This document shows positions 53,567-62,848 of a stretch of 64,000 nucleotides of DNA, in pieces. The DNA comes from a virus. Lineage: Duplodnaviria; Heunggongvirae; Uroviricota; Caudoviricetes. Under the pieces are notes generated by a model that saw only the letters and a program-made list of their open reading frames with translations, was not told where the DNA came from and made no database searches. Where the stretch lies: positions 105,064 through 169,063 of IMG/VR virus record IMGVR_UViG_3300009177_000029. One strand, 5' to 3'. Each line of letters begins with the position of its first letter. Position 1 is the first letter of the stretch. A program made the translations under genes and the position numbers.

Positions 53567-53710
53567 GCTTGCGGTAGTACGTAAGCCGTGCTATTCTTCT
53601 CGCGGGAGTTAAGATGCGTTTACCTCGTGATTTGCATGTTGTTGCCATGATTACCGGACGAAAGGGTGGAGCCTTCAAGGACACTCGGTCTGGTCGTGGT
53701 GGCACGCGCA

Positions 53711-53737
53711 ATACTCAGCAAGAGCTACTTGCTGAGT
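53711..53737. promoter_or_regulatory. perfect 11-bp palindromic hairpin tactcagcaag-agct-acttgctgagta
   Basis: Seen directly ~30 nt upstream of gene 53765. Confidence 0.4.
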
Positions 53738-53764
53738 ACGAGGACTCCCGCGAGGAGAGTCACG

Positions 53765-54622
53765 ATGGGCAGGAAAGTAGATCTAGAAAGAGCAGCACTA
53801 GTTGAGAAGCTTGGCGTAAGCAAGACCAAAAACTGGTCGAAGAAAGAGCTTCTAGAAATGGAAGCCAAGCGAGTAGCCAAGGAAGAAAAAGCAGCCGAGA
53901 AGAAGGCAATGACGGACATGATTGCAGGTCCGCCACCAACAATGCCAGCGGCTGAGCTACAGATTCCGTACGACCTACGCACCACACCGGATGACCCGTT
54001 CAATGGCCTCACAGAGCGTCAGAAGAACATCGCGCGTCTCCGTATGCGAGGTCTGTCACAGCAGACGATTGCCAACCTAGTTGGTGTCGCACAACCAATC
54101 ATTTCCAAGGAACTGGCGCGTATCAAGGAATGGCAAGCTGAGCAAGGCGCTAGCGTTGACCAAGCCGCTACAGTTGGCCACGTTCGATCAGTGTATTCCG
54201 AAGTGACAGAGGCGGCATGGCTTCTGTTCTCGAAGGCACAGAACGCTATGTTGGGTGAGAACCCCAATCCGAACGCGTTCGCCGATTCAGTGAAAGCACT
54301 TGCAGTCGTAACATCCTCGACGCAAGCACATACCAAGTTCCTCATGGACATGGGTATGTTGAAGAAGGCAGCACAAGAGATCAAGCACGTCATTGAGCCG
54401 TCTCCGTTCATCGCAAACTGGAAAGACGGATCTGCGAAGAAGAAGCTTGCGGACACGCTCGTTTCGAGTCAGCTTCCAGCATTGCCTGAGCCTACACCTG
54501 ACGACGTGATTGAGGGTGAGGTTCAAGAACAAGAAGTTGACATCGTGGTGCCGGCACCAAAGGTTTCTGATTTGGCTGAGCCTACGCCCGATGTAGAGGA
54601 GATTGAGCTTGAAGCCGAATAA
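53765..54622 (+). CDS. HTH (sigma-70 region-4-like) protein; possible terminase small subunit or transcription regulator
   Basis: LTERQKNIARLRMRGLSQQTIANLVGVAQPIISKELARI fits sigma70_r4 HTH; acidic C-terminus. Confidence 0.4.
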   Translation: MGRKVDLERAALVEKLGVSKTKNWSKKELLEMEAKRVAKEEKAAEKKAMTDMIAGPPPTMPAAELQIPYDLRTTPDDPFNGLTERQKNIARLRMRGLSQQTIANLVGVAQPIISKELARIKEWQAEQGASVDQAATVGHVRSVYSEVTEAAWLLFSKAQNAMLGENPNPNAFADSVKALAVVTSSTQAHTKFLMDMGMLKKAAQEIKHVIEPSPFIANWKDGSAKKKLADTLVSSQLPALPEPTPDDVIEGEVQEQEVDIVVPAPKVSDLAEPTPDVEEIELEAE

Positions 54623-55367
54623 TCAGTACGACCTAAGCCAGAACGCTAGGATGCACGCAGACAAGCATCCCTGTGTACCAGATCCGTATAGCCGCAATGG
54701 ATTCTTCGTAGAATCGGAGTTTCCTATGGCGAGTGAGTCGGTTGAGTACACTGACGGTATAGACACTTGGACTGAACAAGATGCTTGCAGCGGCACTCTG
54801 CCGGAGAGAAAACTCGACTCTTTGGAGAAAGAGTTTGAGAAGGGCATGGCCATCAGTATTGAAGAGCAGTTCGCTAAACGCGGATTTGTTAACGTCCCAA
54901 AGACTGTCATCGAACGCCTAGAAGCTCAGGCACGTGAAATAGTCAATGGGGCGTCCATGCCAGGTGTAGTGTGTGCCGAGGTCAACGTACAGCCTGAGTA
55001 TGAAGAGATCTTGGACGGTCGTCTCATCAAAGACATGGACGGCATTGAGGCAATGGTTCGTGTAGTCTCGAAGCATATCGAGATGGCCGAGGGCCTTGGT
55101 GCCAATGAGGATGGAACACTGGCTGTAGACCTGACTGCGGAAGAGTGGTCCTGGTTGGTGGTCTACGCGCAGTATTTTCAACAAGGTAAACCTGTACGCT
55201 TCCATGACGACTCTTGGACGATGCCGAAGCAGCATCATGGGTTTGCCAACCGTAAACCTGTTACCTTCACGCACCCTGTTACCTTCACGCACACCGCGAT
55301 TGAGAAACCGCGAGAACTTACCGAAGCTGAGAAACTACAGGAACGCATCAGGAAGGGACTGATATGA
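54603..55367 (+). CDS. hypothetical protein
   Basis: ORF track 254 aa. Confidence 0.35.
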   Translation: MSLKPNNQYDLSQNARMHADKHPCVPDPYSRNGFFVESEFPMASESVEYTDGIDTWTEQDACSGTLPERKLDSLEKEFEKGMAISIEEQFAKRGFVNVPKTVIERLEAQAREIVNGASMPGVVCAEVNVQPEYEEILDGRLIKDMDGIEAMVRVVSKHIEMAEGLGANEDGTLAVDLTAEEWSWLVVYAQYFQQGKPVRFHDDSWTMPKQHHGFANRKPVTFTHPVTFTHTAIEKPRELTEAEKLQERIRKGLI

Positions 55368-55942
55368 CATCCGTACGAATGATTGAGGCAATCCGTTACG
55401 CTACGCTCATGCATGGGACGCAGAAGCGTAAGGCGGCTAACCGCATGCACGTCCCGTACATGGTTCACCCTCTTGAGGTGACTGCCATTCTGATCGAGAA
55501 TGGTGTGACGGACGAAGACACGCTCATCGCCGCCGTCCTACACGATGTGCTTGAGGATTGCCGTGACAACGGAGCCAATGAGGAAGCTATCCGAAACAAG
55601 TTCGGTGAAGCAGTTCTCGGCTACGTCCTTGAGAACACGGACGACAAGGCACTCGATAAGAACGAGCGCAAGCGTTTGCAGGTTATCAACGCAGTTCACA
55701 AGAGTGCGCCCGCAGCACTCGTGAAGGCGGCCGATAAGACCAGCAACATGCGAGACATTGTGCGTGTTCCTCCGGGTTGGCCGCCTCACATCATCCGAGC
55801 GTACGTGCAGAATGCACGTGACGTCGTGAAGGCGCTTCCTGCGGAAACGTGTAACGCAGGCATTCGTGCAGCGTTCTACCAGGCGTCTCAGGATGCCTTG
55901 GATGCGGCTGCCGAGATGGAGGCCAATGCCAAGAAAGTCTAA
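55364..55942 (+). CDS. HD-domain metal-dependent phosphohydrolase
   Basis: HPLEV...LHDVLED (H...HD...D) motifs; ATGA overlap. Confidence 0.6.
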   Translation: MTSVRMIEAIRYATLMHGTQKRKAANRMHVPYMVHPLEVTAILIENGVTDEDTLIAAVLHDVLEDCRDNGANEEAIRNKFGEAVLGYVLENTDDKALDKNERKRLQVINAVHKSAPAALVKAADKTSNMRDIVRVPPGWPPHIIRAYVQNARDVVKALPAETCNAGIRAAFYQASQDALDAAAEMEANAKKV

Positions 55943-55961
55943 GAAGTCTCGTGGCGAGACG

Positions 55962-56321
55962 ATGAAGGTTATCGAAGCTCTCGCGGAGATTCTAGACGAA
56001 GTTGAACCCGAAACGAAAGAGGTTCAACTCCCGGTTCTTAACTGTAGCACCGGCTGTATTCAGAAAGCTATGGCAGCTCAGATCGTACTCGAAGCACTGG
56101 CTTCTACGATCTGGGAACCGGCTGAGTACAAGCACAACGGCTATGAGTATCTTGTCACTGATATCTCACTTGTAGTATTGACCAAGGATCGCCAAACGTT
56201 TGGAGTCACTATCCAAGCCATCAACAATCCGCGAGAGGAGAAGGAAGATATCCTTCTCCACAAGTTCTTGACCAACTACGTACCTGTGAGGCAGATCAAT
56301 GTCAAAGACTATCAGTCGTAA
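55962..56321 (+). CDS. hypothetical protein
   Basis: Internal Met of ORF 55866..56321; alternative start 55926. Confidence 0.3.
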   Translation: MKVIEALAEILDEVEPETKEVQLPVLNCSTGCIQKAMAAQIVLEALASTIWEPAEYKHNGYEYLVTDISLVVLTKDRQTFGVTIQAINNPREEKEDILLHKFLTNYVPVRQINVKDYQS

Positions 56322-56559
56322 AGCTCGGCATCGTCAGGTCTTCACGTTCGTGCTGTTCCATGGCAACTTCATGCACTCAATCGCGAAGCAAGCGTTTGTA
56401 GGAGTCGAGGATGCGAGGGAATCTGCCCGGAGTAAGATTGACTCGATGTGCCAGAAGCTAGGCATTGGCAAGTCCTACTTCACCTTCGAAGTGCTGCCTC
56501 TTCGTCTCATCAGTGAGACGAAACGCCCGAAGAAGTCACTGTCTCGCGGACCCTATTGA
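56299..56559 (+). CDS. hypothetical protein
   Basis: ORF track 86 aa. Confidence 0.3.
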   Translation: MSKTISRKARHRQVFTFVLFHGNFMHSIAKQAFVGVEDARESARSKIDSMCQKLGIGKSYFTFEVLPLRLISETKRPKKSLSRGPY

Positions 56560-56583
56560 CACGCGGCCGAGCCGCGTTATAGT
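56556..56583 (+). promoter_or_regulatory. sigma70-like promoter TTGACA-N16-TATAGT with hairpin spacer, upstream of HerA-like ATPase gene
   Basis: ttgaca 56556-56561, spacer acgcggc-cga-gccgcgt palindrome, tatagt 56578-56583, then SD ggag and ATG 56612. Confidence 0.4.
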
Positions 56584-56611
56584 AACGACTCACTCAAACG
56601 GAGATTGGAAC

Positions 56612-57958
56612 ATGACCAATATGATCGACCTTGGTTCCAAGACGGACCGTGACGGCAAGCTCATTCCTGTCAGCCTCAAGGCTGCTGCCCTCACGACCCA
56701 CGCGTGCATTGTTGGTGCGACTGGCTCCGGTAAGACGGGTCTGATCATCGGCATGATCGAAGACATGGTGCGCCAGGGTATTCCTTGCGCAGTCATCGAC
56801 ATCAAGGGTGACATGGCGAATATCGCTCTACAGCCGAGCGGTGAGATTCGCGACAAGATGAGCATCCGCTTCCTCACGCCAGGGGCAGACCACGGTGAGG
56901 CAGTCAACATTTTCAGTGGCATTGCGAACCCGGACCGAATCACGTCCACGGTGAGCACGCTCTGCAAGATGATTGGTGTGGAGAGTGATCCGCTGCGCTC
57001 CAAGCCGCATGCACTGATCTCGAACATCATCCAACACCGTCTCAAGAACAACCTGCCGATCACCATCATCGACGTGATGCAGGGCATTCAGGATCCGCCT
57101 TTCGCATACCTCGGTATGATGGAGGTGGACGATGTGATGCCTGCTGCCTCGCGTGGAAAACTTGCGGCGAAGTTGAACAACCTGCTCGCAGCGCCTGGCT
57201 TCCAGACGTGGCGTGAAGGTATCGACATCAACATCGATCGCCTGTTCCGTGCACCGGCTGGCAAGACGCCTGTGATCATCTTCTCGGTGGCTCACCTCGT
57301 GGATGACACGGAGCGTACATTCGGCATCAGCATGTTCCTTGAGGAAATGGTTTCCTGGATGCGCAAGCAGCCGGGTACGAACGACCTCAAGTCGTGTCTG
57401 ATTCTCGACGAAATGTATGGTGTGATGCCTCCGGCACCGCACAACCCGCCGACGAAGAAGCCGCTGCTGACGATGCTCAAGCAGGCTCGTGCACACGGTC
57501 TGGGCGTCATGATCTGTAGCCAGAATCCCATGGACCTGGACTACAAGGGCATGTCGAACGCACAGACGTGGCTCGTGGGTCGTCTACAGACGGAGCGTGA
57601 CCGTGACCGTGTGGTCAAGGGAATCTCGTCGTCTACTTCACAGGATGAGCGTGTGTTGGGTACTACGATCGCTCGGTTGCAGCCTCGTCAGTTCCTTGTC
57701 GTGCGCCCGAATGGCACGGCAGTGTTCACGACGAAGGATTGCAGCGCGACGCTACAGGGTCCTATGTCTCCTGCTGAGATTCGCTATCTCTTCGAGACGG
57801 GTATCACGGACGAGCTTGGGCTCATGGACAAGCTGGCAATCCAGCTTGACCTGGCACGAGCGGACTTCGAGGCTCACCCGAAGGACGAAACGAAGTGGAA
57901 GGCTTTGGAGGATATCCAGGCCCAGATCGATGCGGAAGCAAGCAAGGTAGGTCGATAA
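56612..57958 (+). CDS. HerA/FtsK-superfamily P-loop ATPase (DUF87/DUF853-like)
   Basis: Walker A IVGATGSGKTG followed by AVIDIKGD; Walker B CLILDEMYG; ICSQNPMDLD (QrP-like) motif. Confidence 0.5.
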   Translation: MTNMIDLGSKTDRDGKLIPVSLKAAALTTHACIVGATGSGKTGLIIGMIEDMVRQGIPCAVIDIKGDMANIALQPSGEIRDKMSIRFLTPGADHGEAVNIFSGIANPDRITSTVSTLCKMIGVESDPLRSKPHALISNIIQHRLKNNLPITIIDVMQGIQDPPFAYLGMMEVDDVMPAASRGKLAAKLNNLLAAPGFQTWREGIDINIDRLFRAPAGKTPVIIFSVAHLVDDTERTFGISMFLEEMVSWMRKQPGTNDLKSCLILDEMYGVMPPAPHNPPTKKPLLTMLKQARAHGLGVMICSQNPMDLDYKGMSNAQTWLVGRLQTERDRDRVVKGISSSTSQDERVLGTTIARLQPRQFLVVRPNGTAVFTTKDCSATLQGPMSPAEIRYLFETGITDELGLMDKLAIQLDLARADFEAHPKDETKWKALEDIQAQIDAEASKVGR

Positions 57959-57959
57959 C

Positions 57960-58283
57960 ATGCACGAAGAATCTGATGATGATGAAGTGGTGCCTCTCGA
58001 TTTCAATGAAGAACTCGGGGACTACTCACTACCTGACAACGTACGTCGTGCGCTAGTGCTGGCATGTCTGCGCCGCTTCATCACAGATCCTGATCTATTC
58101 GATCCGGACGATTTCAACGAGGCTGACAACAAGTTGGCTAACGCCGTTATGTTTCATGGCCCGTACGACGATTTCCAGATTGCGATGGAAAAGGCTGTAC
58201 GGATGCGCGCAATCGTGGTAACACCTCATTGTGTGTGGACCGAAGAGAGCAAACCTCATTACATCGTGAGTCTTTCGAACTAG
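57960..58283 (+). CDS. hypothetical acidic protein
   Basis: ORF track 107 aa. Confidence 0.3.
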   Translation: MHEESDDDEVVPLDFNEELGDYSLPDNVRRALVLACLRRFITDPDLFDPDDFNEADNKLANAVMFHGPYDDFQIAMEKAVRMRAIVVTPHCVWTEESKPHYIVSLSN

Positions 58284-58290
58284 GAGCACC

Positions 58291-58908
58291 ATGCTGAACC
58301 GTCTACGCCTCATGTTTCTGAACGCTTGTGTCTACATTGCAGCCAAACTTACTGCTGCGGCACAGTACATCTTCTCGGCTAGTGTTGGCCTCGCCATGAA
58401 ATGGGAGGCCAAGGAAGGTAAGCCGACAGCGGCAGTGGCAAAGGTCGAAGTGGCAAAGGAAGAGCCTGCTCCGGTCGCGGAGAAGCCCTCGGAGCGCCAT
58501 CGTCGACGTCGTAGGGAACGTACCAACGTCGAGGCTCCAAAGGCTGCTGAGGCGCCCACAGAGGCCGCAAAGCCAGCCCCGAAGGATCGACAGGCACTGG
58601 CACCAGAAGTCAATCCTTTCAGTGCGGGTGGCGTCGATGGTCCAGTTCCAATGTGCATGGATCCGCTGCCTACGTTCGTCATCTTCGAGGCAATGTTCAA
58701 CAAGAAGTACGGACGTAATGGTCGCTGCCCACTGAATGTGAGTGGGAATGCTCACGCATACACTGCACTGGAACTCTACACACTGCTTAGTAGGATCCAG
58801 TCGGATGGTGAGAAGGCCGGTCCTGTATACAACGCGCTCTATGGCACGTGTGTCAGCGTCATCCTGCACCAGCACGGGAAGCAGATTCAGGCAAAGGAAC
58901 TCAACTGA
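58291..58908 (+). CDS. hypothetical membrane-anchored protein with Ala/Pro/Lys-rich linker
   Basis: N-terminal hydrophobic helix; [14 protein letters not shown] low-complexity. Confidence 0.35.
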   Translation: MLNRLRLMFLNACVYIAAKLTAAAQYIFSASVGLAMKWEAKEGKPTAAVAKVEVAKEEPAPVAEKPSERHRRRRRERTNVEAPKAAEAPTEAAKPAPKDRQALAPEVNPFSAGGVDGPVPMCMDPLPTFVIFEAMFNKKYGRNGRCPLNVSGNAHAYTALELYTLLSRIQSDGEKAGPVYNALYGTCVSVILHQHGKQIQAKELN

Positions 58909-59300
58909 TGAAGCTCGCAGTCTGTATGGTCGTCTACAATCCGGAGGGAAAGCTGTGCATCGTTTCTCGAAAGAAGCGTGCTGGCGACTGGAACTTGCCT
59001 GGTGGCAAGGTTGACCCAGGTGAGACTCCCTCCGCAGCGGCTCTTCGCGAGCTAGTAGAGGAGACAGGGCTCTTGGGTCACAAACCCAAGTATGTCTTCT
59101 CTTCGGCTATCGAGGACTACTGTGTGGACTGTTATGTCATCCAAAGCTATCAAGGTGACATTCAGCAGATCGAGGGTGAAGGTGAGGTTCGTTGGGGTAG
59201 CTGGGACGACTTGCTACAGCCGGAACGTGCCTTCTTCGAGTACAACACGAAGCTTTACGAGCACCTCGTGAAGTTGGACATGGCGAACGTGAAGAAATGA
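58908..59300 (+). CDS. Nudix hydrolase
   Basis: Nudix box [23 protein letters not shown] (Gx5Ex7REUxEExGU). Confidence 0.75.
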   Translation: MKLAVCMVVYNPEGKLCIVSRKKRAGDWNLPGGKVDPGETPSAAALRELVEETGLLGHKPKYVFSSAIEDYCVDCYVIQSYQGDIQQIEGEGEVRWGSWDDLLQPERAFFEYNTKLYEHLVKLDMANVKK

Positions 59301-60103
59301 GACAGTATCTCACCAACCTAGATCCCGAAGACGAGAAGCGGGCGCAAGCCGCAGCCACGAACAAATCTTTCGTCAATCGTCATCGATCAAATCAGTATCC
59401 GAAGACGTGGTGTGCGCAGTGCGGACACTTCTTTGGCAGCGAACCGTCGTGGGGTTCTCATGCAGATAGGCCAGCACACTTCTACGACCTACCAAGGCAT
59501 GAGAGGAAAGCAATCCTAGTCAAGTTGGAGACACCGGAGTACAAGCTGTTTCACAACAGTGTTGAACTTCACATGATCGATAAGCACCACTTTAAGAAGT
59601 GCGATCAATGTGGTGTACTCGTCAAGAACATCAAGACACATCAGAAGTCTATCGCGTGTTTGTGTACGGCCAAGCAGCGCCAGATGGAAGACCAAGGCTA
59701 CATGCAGGTTGGTCACATGATGGCTGTGTTCGAGGAGCTACTGCAAGACGACTTGCAAGCGCGTCTGTCGAAGGTCGGTGATGTAGTCGAGTTCGACCGA
59801 ATCAACGAAGAGTTCGAAGCAGAGAAGAAAGAGTTGGTCAAATCTCTCGCTATCCAGAACGTGGTGAGTGACTACTCCAAAGCTCAAAACTCCTTCGGAA
59901 ATACGTTGGGTTGGCAGTGGCGTCCTTGGGTGCCGCTTGACATCGGAGAAGGATTACTCTTTCTCTACAAACACATCAAGAAGAGCAACGATCGCAAGAA
60001 ACTACCCGGATACCTACAAGAGTTGAGAAACTTCACGAAAGCCGATGACGCAGGCAAGCAAGCAATCCTTGGCCTGTGGGAGTTGGCGGAAATGGTACCA
60101 TGA
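59297..60103 (+). CDS. GLWELA-family paralog with C2HC zinc fingers
   Basis: CAQCGHFF..H; [20 protein letters not shown] + [11 protein letters not shown]; C-term [12 protein letters not shown]. Confidence 0.45.
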   Translation: MRQYLTNLDPEDEKRAQAAATNKSFVNRHRSNQYPKTWCAQCGHFFGSEPSWGSHADRPAHFYDLPRHERKAILVKLETPEYKLFHNSVELHMIDKHHFKKCDQCGVLVKNIKTHQKSIACLCTAKQRQMEDQGYMQVGHMMAVFEELLQDDLQARLSKVGDVVEFDRINEEFEAEKKELVKSLAIQNVVSDYSKAQNSFGNTLGWQWRPWVPLDIGEGLLFLYKHIKKSNDRKKLPGYLQELRNFTKADDAGKQAILGLWELAEMVP

Positions 60104-60672
60104 AGATTCTATTCCTAGACGTCGATGGTGTGCTCAATGATGAGCAGACGTGCAAACGCGCTACATGGAAGGATGACCGAACGTTCTTCCGTCCTCTGTA
60201 CGTTGAGCGTGTCAATCGCATTCTGGCAGCTACAGGTGCCAAGCTAGTAATCTCTTCGTCGTGGCGTGTTCGTTACTCCACTCTCGAAGAGCTAAAGGCT
60301 GCGTTCCACAAGTTTGGCTTTGACCCAGATCTGGTCATTGACAAGACGCCAACTGGATACCGCAGTCGCCGGATGAGTGAGACTATGTACCGTGGTCTCG
60401 AAATCCAGCACTGGCTCTCGGACAACGCTGAGAATCACGACGTGGAATCAATCGTGATTCTTGACGATGACCAGGATATGCTCCATCTTGACCATCGTCT
60501 GATTCGCACTGAGGGATTTCGAGTTCCACTAGATGGCGGAATCAGCGAAGCTCAGGTTGCCGAAGCAATCGCACTGTTCAATACGCCCGACGATGTGCAC
60601 AAGCGCTTTGATTGGGACCAGTTTGTAGACAATCGCCAAGCCCACCTCAACTACTTGAAGGACAAGTCATGA
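60100..60672 (+). CDS. HAD-superfamily hydrolase (RNA-repair 'Swiss-army-knife' HAD-like)
   Basis: Motif I ILFLDVDGVLN, VISSSWR, ILDDD. Confidence 0.5.
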   Translation: MKILFLDVDGVLNDEQTCKRATWKDDRTFFRPLYVERVNRILAATGAKLVISSSWRVRYSTLEELKAAFHKFGFDPDLVIDKTPTGYRSRRMSETMYRGLEIQHWLSDNAENHDVESIVILDDDQDMLHLDHRLIRTEGFRVPLDGGISEAQVAEAIALFNTPDDVHKRFDWDQFVDNRQAHLNYLKDKS

Positions 60673-61076
60673 CTACCTGTTGCACGCCAGCGAAGATCCA
60701 GTACCTCCACGATCCCAAGGTTCCTCAGCGAGTTCTTACTCTCGTGTCCCGTGTGAACGGCGACAAGGTGGAGTATGGCTTTTCCTTGAACCGTCCCACC
60801 CGTTGGGTGAAGGCTGCTTTCAAGGACCGTCGCTACGAGGACTTGATCAAGGGCGACCAGTTCTCCAAGCAGCGCGGCCGTCAGATCGCGGAAGGTCGCT
60901 TGAACGCGGAGCCGATGGTGGCCGACCTTGTGGGTCGTGAACCTGACGTGGCCATTCTCGAAACGCTTCGTGATGCGAGCGACAATGCGTTGATTCGCAG
61001 GATTGCCCAGGGCGCTCTCTCCCACAGGGAGTTGAGCGAAGCACTCGCAAAGCTGCAAGCGTTGGTCACGAAGTGA
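60669..61076 (+). CDS. hypothetical protein
   Basis: ATGA overlap; 135 aa. Confidence 0.35.
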   Translation: MTTCCTPAKIQYLHDPKVPQRVLTLVSRVNGDKVEYGFSLNRPTRWVKAAFKDRRYEDLIKGDQFSKQRGRQIAEGRLNAEPMVADLVGREPDVAILETLRDASDNALIRRIAQGALSHRELSEALAKLQALVTK

Positions 61077-61130
61077 CGGGACTAGGGAGACTGCCTACGG
61101 GTGGTCTCCCTCTTCTTGTTTGGAGAAACT

Positions 61131-61781
61131 ATGACTATCAATCTATCCCTAGAACAGCGTGCACACTTGGCTACCTTGTACGGCGAGCCACAACGCAGGT
61201 ATCACACACTTGCACACGTTCACCAGCTTCTGCGCGAAATCGAAACCTTGAAGGTCGATCAAAAGACCAAGGAAATCCTCGAAGTCGCAGCGTGGTTCCA
61301 TGACTCGATCTACGATCCTCTTGCTCCAAAAGGCAAGAACGAAAACGACAGTCATCAGCTACTTATGTACTCGACACTAGGAAACCTGACCGGGAAACTA
61401 GCTGCCGGATACTGCATTCTGGCGACAAAAGACCATATCGTACCCGCAGATACGACTCCCGAAAACCAGGAAACGATAAAGCTGTTCCTGGATCTAGATC
61501 TCTCGATCCTGGGTCAGTCAGAGGACGACTATCTCACGTATGCTGTGCAAGTGGGGCAGGAATACATCCTCGCGGGTCTACCGGAAGAGAAGTACATTGC
61601 TGGACGTATGGTCTTCTTGCAAAAGAAGCTCAGTGCCCATGCTCCGCGTCACATCTATCATACCCAGGAGTTCCGTAACAGGTATGAAGCCGCTGCGCGA
61701 TTCAACATCCAAGATGAGTTGAATCGTTTGCAGGCAATGCTTGACCGCAAGAAGACACCAGCGCCAGAGTACAAACTCTGA
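61131..61781 (+). CDS. HD-domain phosphohydrolase-like protein
   Basis: RRYHTLAHVHQ...AAWFHDSIYDP (H..H...HD..D). Confidence 0.45.
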   Translation: MTINLSLEQRAHLATLYGEPQRRYHTLAHVHQLLREIETLKVDQKTKEILEVAAWFHDSIYDPLAPKGKNENDSHQLLMYSTLGNLTGKLAAGYCILATKDHIVPADTTPENQETIKLFLDLDLSILGQSEDDYLTYAVQVGQEYILAGLPEEKYIAGRMVFLQKKLSAHAPRHIYHTQEFRNRYEAAARFNIQDELNRLQAMLDRKKTPAPEYKL

Positions 61782-61802
61782 TTACTGCTCTACGTCTACT
61801 AG

Positions 61803-62237
61803 TTGGCCTCTAATGTTGATGACTTGAAGCCTAGTGACCTTTGCGCGGTCATAGGTTGGCTTCTCATCGGTATGAGCCTTAGGCTCGGGCACAAGCGTTT
61901 CGGTACGCTCCGGACACAGAATATCGATCGTGATGACCATACTGCCTCCTGTCTATACAGTATGGTCATACAAATCTGGTTTGTCAACATGCACACTCCT
62001 GTAGCGTTATTTAACAGAGCCCGGGTGTTACACGAGCTAGTGTTTCGCCCGCCACGTCCTCCGTTCAAGTATCAGGAATGGATGGACTCATTGGCTGACC
62101 ACGTAATCTACAGACGCACAGGAAAGTACGTGGACTTCAACGCCTTGAAAGAGGCGTACGAGGCTGGACTAAGCGGTGACATGGACAAAGTAGACCTCTA
62201 TCTCGGTATGCACCAACTAGCAAAGGAAGAAGACTAA
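61803..62237 (+). CDS. GLWELA-family paralog
   Basis: C-term LKEAYEAGLSGDMDKVDLYLGMHQLAKEED; start uncertain. Confidence 0.4.
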   Translation: MASNVDDLKPSDLCAVIGWLLIGMSLRLGHKRFGTLRTQNIDRDDHTASCLYSMVIQIWFVNMHTPVALFNRARVLHELVFRPPRPPFKYQEWMDSLADHVIYRRTGKYVDFNALKEAYEAGLSGDMDKVDLYLGMHQLAKEED

Positions 62238-62501
62238 ATGCCGTGTACGTACTATACCCCGGGTGAAGAAGCTGCGATGGCGAACGCTGAAAACCGCAAG
62301 CTCGCAGAGCAAGTCAACCAGTTGACACGTTTGCTCTGTCTGGCTTCCACGGTCGTCGTTGAGCAAAAGAAGCTCAAGGTGCCACAGTACAACGAGCTTG
62401 TAGACTGGTGGGAAGCGCACAAGAAGCACGACATAGAGCGAATCAAGAAGGAAGCCCTGGCCAAGCTCACGGCAGAGGAACGCAAAGCTTTGGGCCTATG
62501 A
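62238..62501 (+). CDS. hypothetical coiled-coil protein
   Basis: ORF track 87 aa. Confidence 0.3.
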   Translation: MPCTYYTPGEEAAMANAENRKLAEQVNQLTRLLCLASTVVVEQKKLKVPQYNELVDWWEAHKKHDIERIKKEALAKLTAEERKALGL

Positions 62502-62848
62502 TGCTGCGTCACTCGAAGAACTATCTACGCTTCATCTTTGTAGCGGAGCTACTAGCTCGTGCCACGGCATTTGTAGCTGCGATGTTCAAGGTCTTGTTCT
62601 GGTTCCGTTATCCGATTGAGGATTGGCCGCACTTCAAGATCTGGATCAACGCCGTCTATTCTCACAAGCGAACGTACCCCTACCTCTTCTGGGAGAAACA
62701 CATGAGACACTTCTATATCAAGCTACACATCCTTCGTCGTGAGCTAGAAGACTACAACGAAGAGGTCACAGGCTTCTTGAAGGAAGACGAAAAGAAGCCT
62801 GTTCTTGCTCCTCGCAAGCCACTCACGTGGCGGGACACGGTGCTGTGA
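62498..62848 (+). CDS. hypothetical membrane protein
   Basis: ATGA overlap; FIFVAELLARATAFVAAMFKVLFWF. Confidence 0.3.
   Translation: MMLRHSKNYLRFIFVAELLARATAFVAAMFKVLFWFRYPIEDWPHFKIWINAVYSHKRTYPYLFWEKHMRHFYIKLHILRRELEDYNEEVTGFLKEDEKKPVLAPRKPLTWRDTVL

Noticed and set aside
56583-56604. T7-class promoter (taacgactcactcaaacggaga resembles TAATACGACTCACTATAGGGAGA)
   Set aside because: The single 9-mer match CGACTCACT is within chance for a 64-kb window. The same region is better explained as a sigma70 TTGACA-N16-TATAGT promoter. No single-subunit RNAP gene is seen in this window. Kept only as a caveat.
53765-57958. Calling 53765..54622 and 56612..57958 a terminase small/large subunit pair
   Set aside because: The ATPase shows HerA/FtsK-type motifs (GATGSGKTG...VIDIKGD, QNP) rather than the terminase Walker A/nuclease architecture. 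It is separated from the HTH gene by four genes. Left as a hypothesis only.
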